64,000 bases of DNA, from positions 1 through 64,000 of the IMG/VR virus record IMGVR_UViG_3300033182_001068; one strand, written 5' to 3'. The notes under the pieces were generated by a model. It was not told the origin of the DNA and did not search any database. It was given only the letters and a program-made list of their open reading frames with translations. Position numbers and translations under genes: made by a program. This document shows, piece after piece, positions 23,489-31,026 of the stretch. The first letter of the stretch is position 1. Every line of letters begins with the position of its first letter. This stretch comes from a virus.

Positions 23489-24487
23489 ATGCCACAACAT
23501 TTCGGGCCACCCACACGAGACAAATACGCCTTCTACAGCCTAGACGAGGCTGACTGCGAGCGAATTGGCGGAATTGAGTACACCCACCATGTCGGCGGTG
23601 TCACACACTTCCACAACGCTTTCCAGATCGATCAAAGTGTCGTTCTTCCCTACATCGACGAAATGGCCTACGTGCCGTCCTGTGGCCTAGAGATCATCAA
23701 AGACGATGAAGGTAACATGATTCGAGGGGAGACCTTCGATGGCAAAGTGGTCGACATCAAAGACCTGCTAGCCCTACCGATGCGTGTTGGTGGAATGGGA
23801 ATGCCGGAACCAGTTCATCCCGGAACCCCTCACGAAGTTCGAGAATTCTTCGAAGGTGTCGAAAGAGCCTTTTACGACTCTCTTATCCGCTACTGTGATC
23901 TGTACCCACTCATCGTCAACTCGATCTGGTGGCGAATGCGAGGCCACTGTCTCAAATATCTGCGGGGCGCCAACCTCGGGCTACACAATGATAACGACAC
24001 GAACACATTTGTGATCGACGGCCAGCGCTACTACAGCGGACGAGAAATTGCGATGTATCAGGTCGTCAACGGTCTCGCCTACTTCAATGACGACTACGAG
24101 GGCGGAGAGATGCATTTCCCCTACCTCGACCTTACGATCAAGCCGAAAACCGGTGACATCATCCTTTTCCCAGCCAACTACGTCGGAGCGCACGGTGTCG
24201 CACAGGTCACGGGAGATATTCCGCGCTACACGTACTTAACGCAGTTCGGTCATGGCGGTGAACACAAATACGAGGTTCTTGAGCCACAGGAAAGCGACAT
24301 GTGGCTGGCACCTGTATACGTTCCGTTTCTTTATCAGGACCACGTCAAGTTCGCCCACTCAGGGCACTCACATCTGGACACATCGAAGGACGTCGCGTTG
24401 GGTTTCCACGCCTCCACCATCGAGACGCAGGAACGTTCAAAGGAAGGCGCTCCTGTCGGTACGGTTATTCCGTATGACGAGGTGTGA
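23489..24487 (+). CDS. 2OG-Fe(II) oxygenase with N-terminal extension
   Basis: SIWWRMRGH...LGLHNDND (HxD), AYFNDDYEGGEMHFP, GDIILFPANYVGAHGV. Paralog of 24465-25133 and 25680-26516. Confidence 0.75.
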   Translation: MPQHFGPPTRDKYAFYSLDEADCERIGGIEYTHHVGGVTHFHNAFQIDQSVVLPYIDEMAYVPSCGLEIIKDDEGNMIRGETFDGKVVDIKDLLALPMRVGGMGMPEPVHPGTPHEVREFFEGVERAFYDSLIRYCDLYPLIVNSIWWRMRGHCLKYLRGANLGLHNDNDTNTFVIDGQRYYSGREIAMYQVVNGLAYFNDDYEGGEMHFPYLDLTIKPKTGDIILFPANYVGAHGVAQVTGDIPRYTYLTQFGHGGEHKYEVLEPQESDMWLAPVYVPFLYQDHVKFAHSGHSHLDTSKDVALGFHASTIETQERSKEGAPVGTVIPYDEV

Positions 24488-25133
24488 ACGGAATCGTTCC
24501 AATAAGCGTTCCGTGTCCAAAAAATTCTAAGTAGGACACTCGTTCTCCTGAGGTGACTGGGACAACCTCGTGAGCCCCAAGGAATCCCGCCGGGTATACA
24601 AAAGCCGACCCAGTTTTTGGTTTGAAGTGCTTATCAATGTACTTGAAACCCAGATCTCCACCTTCACATTCGTCTTTAAGGATCAGCGAACCTGTCAAAA
24701 CGCTGTAGATGGCTTTTTCGCTTTCGGAACCATCTCCGACAAGATTGTCGTGGTGGTACCCCATGTAACCACCTACTCGATAAGTGGCAACATGAGGAAC
24801 TGCCCGCCACCAGATACTGTGCCGAGCCTCAGGGAAAAAATCGAAATACTTTGAGACGCATAGCGTCATCGTGTTTTCTAGCGCTTCAGCAAATGCCAAG
24901 TCCTCTTCGTTGGCATTAACTTTGAGTTGAAGTAGACGGCCCGGAGACGCATTTACCTGCTCTTCGGTGAAAATGTATCCACCACGATTCATGTAGGTTC
25001 CATCGCCTACCGGCTCGTAGTCACGTGGTTCTTGAGTTCTGCGCCGTTCCAGCCACGCTTCAAAAAACTCAGAATCGAAGTTAATGGCGTCGACGTACTC
25101 GACGATTCCAAAACCGTGATGAATCGCTTCCAT
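24465..25133 (-). CDS. 2OG-Fe(II) oxygenase
   Basis: SIWWRAVPH...GYHHDN (HxD), LILKDECEGGDLGF, GSAFVYPAGFLGAHEV. Its 3' end overlaps the convergent 23489-24487 gene by 23 nt. Confidence 0.75.
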   Translation of the reverse strand: MEAIHHGFGIVEYVDAINFDSEFFEAWLERRRTQEPRDYEPVGDGTYMNRGGYIFTEEQVNASPGRLLQLKVNANEEDLAFAEALENTMTLCVSKYFDFFPEARHSIWWRAVPHVATYRVGGYMGYHHDNLVGDGSESEKAIYSVLTGSLILKDECEGGDLGFKYIDKHFKPKTGSAFVYPAGFLGAHEVVPVTSGERVSYLEFFGHGTLIGTIPFTPRHTE

Positions 25134-25711
25134 TACTCGTCAGGGAACTCTGTTCCACGTTCCCGATCGTTGCGAAGTCGCTTTACTTCTTTTGCTGATG
25201 TCTCATGAACTTCTGCAGTCCAATACCCATCAGTGAAAAGATCGGAAATTTCTTGCGCCTTGGCGCCGGAGAGATAGATCGTGTGCTCATCTGTGTAGCC
25301 CTCACGACCGGGGTATGGCCAACCGTAAAGACCAGCCTCGACGTATTCGATGCCAGCCTCAGTAATGATCGACGCAAATTCTTTCTCCGACTCTTCACCC
25401 CAGAGTCCGTTTGCATCGACATAGATCCCGTCGAAACCAACCTTTGCGACATGCTTGGCGATTTCAAGTGGTGCTCCACCAAAAGCAATGCAGAAGAACA
25501 CATCTACCTTCTGCAGCATGATGTCCAAAGTTACGTAGTCAGAAAGTTCGAATTCTTCTGCTCGTGCTGCAGTTGTTTCCGATCGACCTTCTGAAGCCCA
25601 ATACACGTCGTGTCCACTACGGGTCAGGGCATACGCAAGCGTTCCACCCATCTTTCCGGGGTGAGCGATCCCGATGCTTTTAGCCGACCGGGGGGAGGAT
25701 TGAGTAGCCAT
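25133..25711 (-). CDS. NAD(P)-binding Rossmann-fold oxidoreductase-like protein
   Basis: N-terminal SIGIAHPGKMGGTLAYAL (GxGxxG-like) followed by an acidic residue after beta-2. I prefer the ATG at 25711 (MATQSS...). Confidence 0.55.
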   Translation of the reverse strand: MATQSSPRSAKSIGIAHPGKMGGTLAYALTRSGHDVYWASEGRSETTAARAEEFELSDYVTLDIMLQKVDVFFCIAFGGAPLEIAKHVAKVGFDGIYVDANGLWGEESEKEFASIITEAGIEYVEAGLYGWPYPGREGYTDEHTIYLSGAKAQEISDLFTDGYWTAEVHETSAKEVKRLRNDRERGTEFPDE

Positions 25712-26516
25712 TTTCCATGTACACATTCGTTGAGATTTTCGCAAGTTCCGGATTCTCGCGAGGGTCTACGACATTTTCACACACGTCCGGATTCGGTGTG
25801 CCTTGACAATACCATCCCAAATAGGAGTAGCGCCACCCCCCTATTACTGGCTGAACCTCATGGGCTGCCACGTAGTTCGAGGGAAAGAAGAGCATGTCGC
25901 CCTTTTTGATGTTTTTGTGGTTGATATCCAGATACGCAAAATTATGAGCGCCACCAGTGAAGTTGGTGCCGTCCAATTCTTCTTCGGACTCGACGGAGTC
26001 GTTCAGATAGGCGACCACGGAAACACTGTTTCGTGTTGCCAGTTGGTCTCGTGGGTGTGGTTTCCCGTATTCGTAATCCGTGCTCACATCCGCGTGCATT
26101 CCAAGGAATCCGCCGACCGGATAGGCAACAATGTGGCTTTTGATTTTCCACCAAATGCATTTTCCCGCGATAGGGAACATTTCCAAGTAAGCAAGTAGAC
26201 AGGCGTCACGACGCTCCTCGATGTAGTCAAGGGTGTCAATAACTTCTTGACGACTGTCCTGATGAACGAAACTTCCACGCCAAGGCATTTCATCAAGCGA
26301 GTCCTTCTTAAAGAAGTAGCCGCTTCGGTTGATGTATCCATCCTCGCCGGTAATGGGATCTTTCCCGGGGGTATACATGGTGTCGCGTTCTTGCTGCAAA
26401 ACTGTTTTGCAGTAATCGCGCATCCATGCCCAATCGAGGTCGAACACCTGTTCGAAAAGAACAACTCCTCCACCGAGATGCTTGCCAACCGGAAAATCTT
26501 TATCGCTCGAACTCAT
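25680..26516 (-). CDS. 2OG-Fe(II) oxygenase
   Basis: CIWWKIKSH...LGMHADV (HxD), AYLNDS...GGAHNF, GDMLFFPSNYVAAHEV. I prefer the ATG at 26516 (MSSSDKDF). Confidence 0.75.
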   Translation of the reverse strand: MSSSDKDFPVGKHLGGGVVLFEQVFDLDWAWMRDYCKTVLQQERDTMYTPGKDPITGEDGYINRSGYFFKKDSLDEMPWRGSFVHQDSRQEVIDTLDYIEERRDACLLAYLEMFPIAGKCIWWKIKSHIVAYPVGGFLGMHADVSTDYEYGKPHPRDQLATRNSVSVVAYLNDSVESEEELDGTNFTGGAHNFAYLDINHKNIKKGDMLFFPSNYVAAHEVQPVIGGWRYSYLGWYCQGTPNPDVCENVVDPRENPELAKISTNVYMENGYSILPPVG

Positions 26517-28074
26517 ATTCGTCCAACTCCAGCATGTATGAGATGTAATCGTTGATACGTTCAATGATTCTACGACGTTCGTCATTGTCTTTCAGGTGAT
26601 TGAAGCACCCATAGATAGAGTCAATGGCAAACTGCACAAGGAAATCTTCAGGGGGATTCTTCCCGTTGAAGCCCTCATAGGTCATGAACGACAGGTTGTG
26701 GAAGTCCCAAGGCCTGAATTGCAAAGGCTGATGTGGAAACCAGTCTGGATAATGCCAAGCATGGCCAGCGTGGCGCATGTCTGGATGCCAGCGAAGATAT
26801 GCTCGCACCTTCTCGATGGGAGTCAGCAAACCATCTTCATTGGACTTTGTTTGCATCAGGTCTTGACGCGCAGGCATTGACCCACCATGGGTGTCGCCAT
26901 TCCGAGAGAACAGGAACATCTGACCCTCGACTGGGTCTTCAACATTGTGGTGCTTGCTGTAGCGCATCAAATTGACGAAAACTCGGTTATTTTCGTCAAT
27001 CGGAACTCCGACGACATGGAAGTCATCAGACAGTTCGTCTGTCTCATCTATAAAATCCTTGAATTCTTGGACTTTCTGCGGAACGGAGCCATCCTCCGAA
27101 AACACGAACAATGTCACCTTTTGGAAAAGGTGTTCGAGCCCTCTCAGGGCGTAGATGCCTTTTGTGAAAACAAGCGGGATGTGATCAGGGTTCGGACCTT
27201 TTGAGCGGTCTTTTGCTACGCCTTTGTACTCGTTCGTGTCGCCGAAAGCCGGATCTAGGTTGCCCTCATGATTCACGTCATAGAACGGTGCCTCGTTGCC
27301 TACCTCTACACGCTGGAAGATTCGCTCCGATCGATCCCACCCGTTGTAGAAGCCGTGCATTACAGCCCGATTGTCCCAAATGATTACATCACCCTCTGAC
27401 CATGTCCACTTGAATCGGTTGGCTTCGTTGGCGCAGTAGTCAGTGACCCACTCGTAAAGTTCATCAAACCACGGAGTGTTGCCACCGGCCAGTGCTGTGC
27501 CCGGGCCAGTCCAATAAAGCATTGTCTCGCCGGTGTCTGGGTGAGTGCGAAGTGCTGGGTGCGTGGACACATCTTGATCGATCGCTCCTGTCTGGCATAC
27601 AAAGTGGGCGGTTTCGAGATGCTCTTTGATGTGGTCAGGACAATCGTTGTAGAGGTTTGCAAGACTCACGAAAAAGGTGTGTCCGTAATCCGGGTCCACC
27701 TTGTACGTCGTCATATGGATGGAAACCAGACATGGTGGTTCGGGCATGAAGGGGTTATCGACGTGCCAGTTGCGCTTCAAAAAACCCTCTGGATCAGTCT
27801 TGTCCTCAACGTTCAGTACGGTTTCATGTCGCTGTCCTGCCAACAATCCGCCGCTGAAGTCTTCATCGCGGACTCCTCGATACAAACAGTCCACCAACTG
27901 CATGTGCTCCAAGTCGGTAGGTCGCATGCCAATGAAGCCGATGACCTTGTTGCGCTTAAATATCTCCTTGAAGTACGAGGGATCGTCGAACACCTGTTCG
28001 GCTTTTACTCCTTTGATCTTGAATCCAAGATTGCCGAGTTTGAGACCGAGGGCGATTCCGCCAAATTTCTTCAT
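26500..28074 (-). CDS. TauD/TfdA-family 2OG dioxygenase with an uncharacterised C-terminal domain of about 250 aa
   Basis: NWHVDNPF (WHxD), GHTFFVSLANLY and WSEGDVIIWDNRAVMHG. The ATG at 28074 forms an ATGA overlap with the upstream stop. Confidence 0.75.
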   Translation of the reverse strand: MKKFGGIALGLKLGNLGFKIKGVKAEQVFDDPSYFKEIFKRNKVIGFIGMRPTDLEHMQLVDCLYRGVRDEDFSGGLLAGQRHETVLNVEDKTDPEGFLKRNWHVDNPFMPEPPCLVSIHMTTYKVDPDYGHTFFVSLANLYNDCPDHIKEHLETAHFVCQTGAIDQDVSTHPALRTHPDTGETMLYWTGPGTALAGGNTPWFDELYEWVTDYCANEANRFKWTWSEGDVIIWDNRAVMHGFYNGWDRSERIFQRVEVGNEAPFYDVNHEGNLDPAFGDTNEYKGVAKDRSKGPNPDHIPLVFTKGIYALRGLEHLFQKVTLFVFSEDGSVPQKVQEFKDFIDETDELSDDFHVVGVPIDENNRVFVNLMRYSKHHNVEDPVEGQMFLFSRNGDTHGGSMPARQDLMQTKSNEDGLLTPIEKVRAYLRWHPDMRHAGHAWHYPDWFPHQPLQFRPWDFHNLSFMTYEGFNGKNPPEDFLVQFAIDSIYGCFNHLKDNDERRRIIERINDYISYMLELDEYEFER

Positions 28075-28793
28075 TTTGGTTCTTTCAGTTGCGGGTGGCC
28101 GTCGAAGCGTGGACCGATCTGATTGCCGTTCTCGTCCAGTCCTGTGCGGATTCCGCCCATCCATGTCCAAGGCTGCTCTTGCAGTTTTTTCATTTTCGCA
28201 TCCCCGTAAGACTGCCGGGCAGCGGAAAGTTCTGGCTTATCCCAGTAGTTCTCAACATTGAACTCAACGCTGGGCATTAGAGATGTGTCGTAAAACTGGA
28301 AAAACATGAATGGTGATCCCGCCGGGAAAACGACAGGCTCGCCAATCTTGGTGATTTTCCAGTTCATGTTGAACTCGTCTGGCCACCACTCGGATGGGAT
28401 GTGAGCGGTCAATGGAACCGCTCCGTCTACGAAGTAGTTGGGTGAGCCAGAGATCCATGTACCGATACCCGGAGGTGTAGAGAATGACCAGCCAGTTGTG
28501 AATGACATGATGCCGATGATGCTGGGCATAACGATGTCTCGCTCATAGGTCTGACCATTTGTCTCAAACGTCATTTTTTCGCCGCTCAAAACACGTGGGA
28601 CAGTGAGTCCTCCATCCCATTGAATAACGACGTCTTGCTGAAGGACCAGTTCCCAGCCGTTGACGTTTGCTTCGGTAAGAGGCAGGCACTTGTATGCGTG
28701 CTTCTTGTACGTCTCGTCCATCCAGTCCCTTCGGACTTCGGCCTGCCTGATTTGAGGAGGGTTCTGGTGGGTGCGTGTAACGGTGACTTGCAT
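28071..28793 (-). CDS. cupin-like protein, paralog of 13843-14688
   Basis: See 13843-14688. The ATG at 28793 overlaps the upstream TGA by 1 nt. The longer track ORF (to 29213) is Arg-rich off-frame sequence and is rejected. Confidence 0.55.
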   Translation of the reverse strand: MQVTVTRTHQNPPQIRQAEVRRDWMDETYKKHAYKCLPLTEANVNGWELVLQQDVVIQWDGGLTVPRVLSGEKMTFETNGQTYERDIVMPSIIGIMSFTTGWSFSTPPGIGTWISGSPNYFVDGAVPLTAHIPSEWWPDEFNMNWKITKIGEPVVFPAGSPFMFFQFYDTSLMPSVEFNVENYWDKPELSAARQSYGDAKMKKLQEQPWTWMGGIRTGLDENGNQIGPRFDGHPQLKEPK

Positions 28794-29494
28794 CAGGACA
28801 GGGTTGACGTCTGGTTGCTTACGACAGGAATACCAGACATTGCAACAGTTGGTTCTGGCGCTTGTGTAGCCGAGTGTTGCTGATGGTTTCGGTCGTTGTA
28901 GTCGTACATTGTGACTGCTGAGTACTTGACGCCTTCGTTGACCGGCTGGGAGGCATGTGCGTAGATGAAATCGCTTGGGTGAACGATGACGTCGCCAGCC
29001 TCGGGAACGAACTTGAGGTTCTTGAATGGCATGACATATTCGCCGCCGGTGTAGTCGTCGTTGATATATCCGATTGTCGATACGGCACAGGAGTAAGAGA
29101 ACCCTGAGTCGGGGTGAACGGCGAAGTGTTGTCCAACGCCGTACTTCACGAAATTGGTTGCTTCTTCGTAGTCGAGTTGAAGGTTGTAGAGGCTTGAGTA
29201 GTGACGCACACACTCACGTACACCGCCGATGACTTCTTCGTACACTTTGCCGAGATCGGCAAACTCTTCGGGGACGGGAAGATCGAACTGTCGTAGTTTG
29301 AAGTCGAAGCAGTCTCGGTAGTCCCTCATGACTTCGTAGTCGCCAACTGTGGCCTGTTTCCAACTGAAGTATTCGTGGGTGCTTCCTTCCAGACCACGTT
29401 CGAGTCTGCCAACAAAATCGGAGCCTTCGGGCCAAACGTCTTTGTAGAGGAGGATTCCGTCACTGGGGTTTCCCAGATAACCACCGATACGCAT
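28793..29494 (-). CDS. 2OG-Fe(II) oxygenase (prolyl-4-hydroxylase-like)
   Basis: FAVHPDSG (HxD), GYINDDYTGGEYVMPF, GDVIVHPSDFIYAHAS...GVKYSAV. Confidence 0.75.
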   Translation of the reverse strand: MRIGGYLGNPSDGILLYKDVWPEGSDFVGRLERGLEGSTHEYFSWKQATVGDYEVMRDYRDCFDFKLRQFDLPVPEEFADLGKVYEEVIGGVRECVRHYSSLYNLQLDYEEATNFVKYGVGQHFAVHPDSGFSYSCAVSTIGYINDDYTGGEYVMPFKNLKFVPEAGDVIVHPSDFIYAHASQPVNEGVKYSAVTMYDYNDRNHQQHSATQAPEPTVAMSGIPVVSNQTSTLS

Positions 29495-29498
29495 GTTG

Positions 29499-30128
29499 TT
29501 ACCTCAGTTCAGTAATTGTGTAGAAAGATGGGGTTGTCCAGCGTTCACCAGACACCATTGGTTTTACCCCGTGCAGGTAGTGTACGTCGCCGGGGTGAGC
29601 GACCGCCATGCCTGCTTTGATTGGCAGGTGGATATCAAACTCGGGGTAGTAGAAGTCTCCACCCTCGAAGTTGTCGTTCCAGTAAATGATCGAATTGATG
29701 TCGTATGTTGGGAACGGGTTCGGTGTTCCGTCGTTCAGTTGCTTGTCGGCGTGCGGTTGCTGTTCGTTTCCTTCAAGCCACCTGATCAAGACCGGTGGTC
29801 GTTTGTACAGTGAAACGTTGAACTTCTGTTCGAGTACGTTCTGCATCTTGTCGATGTACTTGTCGATGAGCGCATGCATGTCTGGGGCAATCCTCTGAAG
29901 GATTGTTCCACTACACATGCGATCCCACCAGTATGAGGCATCGTAAATACAGGTTCCATCTTCGTTGAACTCGTCCCCCAAGGGGTTTTCCCACTCTGAG
30001 ATCGTCGGGAAAAACTCCTGCAACACTTTCAGGTCGTCTGGGTCGACAAAATCTTCGATGATTGTGATGTTGTCGGCAGATGTTCCAAAGTGGCCGGGTT
30101 CGACTAGAGAGACTTCATCGTCAGCCAT
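29499..30128 (-). CDS. 2OG-Fe(II) oxygenase (prolyl-4-hydroxylase-like)
   Basis: QPHADKQ (HxD), IIYWNDNFEGGDFYYPEF, AGMAVAHPGDVHYLHGV...GERW. Confidence 0.75.
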   Translation of the reverse strand: MADDEVSLVEPGHFGTSADNITIIEDFVDPDDLKVLQEFFPTISEWENPLGDEFNEDGTCIYDASYWWDRMCSGTILQRIAPDMHALIDKYIDKMQNVLEQKFNVSLYKRPPVLIRWLEGNEQQPHADKQLNDGTPNPFPTYDINSIIYWNDNFEGGDFYYPEFDIHLPIKAGMAVAHPGDVHYLHGVKPMVSGERWTTPSFYTITELR

Positions 30129-30150
30129 GCGGCCAGACTAGCACGATCAG

Positions 30151-30426
30151 TTACTTGGCGTGCAGGATCTTCCGTACCTTCGCCTCGAACAGTAAATGGA
30201 AAGTCAGCCACACCCAGACAACTCGCAGTGTTGGCCCGGCAATGCTTTGTTCTGCTGAGCGCCAAAAATAGCGAGACAGGGTTTCGATCCGTCTAGTCTT
30301 TATTGCAAACACATCGTAAGCAATAATAACCAAGATGAGACCGACCCACCCGTATGCGCCAGATGCGCGACTATCTCGCGTCAAGTCAATTGGACCCAAA
30401 TACCATCCAATAAACCGCTTGAGCAT
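30151..30426 (-). CDS. small membrane protein (2-3 TM)
   Basis: 91 aa with hydrophobic segments GWVGLILVIIAYDVFAI and VVWVWLTFHLLF. Confidence 0.55.
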   Translation of the reverse strand: MLKRFIGWYLGPIDLTRDSRASGAYGWVGLILVIIAYDVFAIKTRRIETLSRYFWRSAEQSIAGPTLRVVWVWLTFHLLFEAKVRKILHAK

Positions 30427-30435
30427 CTGCAGTCT

Positions 30436-31011
30436 CTATTTGAAACCCGGCGGGAAGAACGGCGGGAAGTGAGGCGGGAAATGCGGAGGGAACCACGGAG
30501 GGAAATGTGGAGGGAAGAAAGGTGGGAAGTGTGGTGGGAAGTGTGGTGGAAAGAACGGTGGGAAGTGTGGTGGGAAGTGAGGTGGGAAGAACGGAGGAAA
30601 GTGGGGAGGGAAATGTGGAGGGAAGAACGGCGGGAAATGCGGCGGGAAATGTGGAGGGAAATGCGGCGGGAAATGTGGAGGGAAGAACGGAGGAAAGTGG
30701 GGCGGAAAGTGAGGTGGGAAGAACGGAGGAAAGTGGGGCGGAAAGTGCGGCGGGAAAAACGGGCCGATTGCGCGAACCGAAATCACCACACCAATCGGAA
30801 GTTCGAACGAAGTGGTGTCCGTGTACGTGACGCCATCAACAACGATCTCGTGGGCCTTTCCAACATCTCCAGCAACGGACGTGTCTGACGTGTCGGCAGC
30901 CTCAGAGACAATCGAAAACCCCAACCCCTGAAGGGTCGTTACAAGGTCGCCCGCATCTTCCCCATCAGTGTAAGTAAATGCGCCTTTCGGGGTATCGCTT
31001 CTTCCAGCCAT
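30436..31011 (-). CDS. (H/F)FPP tetrapeptide-repeat protein (84-aa N-terminal domain + 26 tandem xFPP units)
   Basis: Direct translation: ...AIGP-FFPP-HFPP-HFPP-FFPP-...-WFPP-HFPP-HFPP-FFPP-GFK. It lies immediately downstream of the 1132-aa fibre gene. Confidence 0.8.
   Translation of the reverse strand: MAGRSDTPKGAFTYTDGEDAGDLVTTLQGLGFSIVSEAADTSDTSVAGDVGKAHEIVVDGVTYTDTTSFELPIGVVISVRAIGPFFPPHFPPHFPPFFPPHFPPHFPPFFPPHFPPHFPPHFPPHFPPFFPPHFPPHFPPFFPPHFPPHFPPFFPPHFPPHFPPFFPPHFPPWFPPHFPPHFPPFFPPGFK
30448..30759 (-). repeat. 12-nt-period coding tandem repeat (26 units) with a partial 36-nt super-period
   Basis: Units use mixed synonymous codons: Pro CCA/CCG/CCT/CCC, Phe TTC/TTT, His CAC/CAT. The common super-unit is FFPP-HFPP-HFPP. 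Confidence 0.9.
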
Positions 31012-31026
31012 TTCACTACAACCCTA

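Noticed and set aside
28794-29213. N-terminal extension of track ORF 28071-29213
   Set aside because: It is an Arg-rich off-frame read-through of the oxygenase gene 28793-29494. The ATG at 28793 couples to the upstream stop and begins the region homologous to 13843-14688.
30448-30759. A regular short repeat array that could be mistaken for a CRISPR array or a non-coding satellite
   Set aside because: The period is 12 nt with no spacers. It stays in frame within a long ORF, and the units differ mainly at synonymous positions. It is a coding tetrapeptide repeat.
30469-30888. Plus-strand ORFs (MRREMRRE..., 139 aa and 107 aa) across the HFPP repeat
   Set aside because: They are antisense or off-frame shadows of the repeat. 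They have no RBS and run against the surrounding minus-strand operon.
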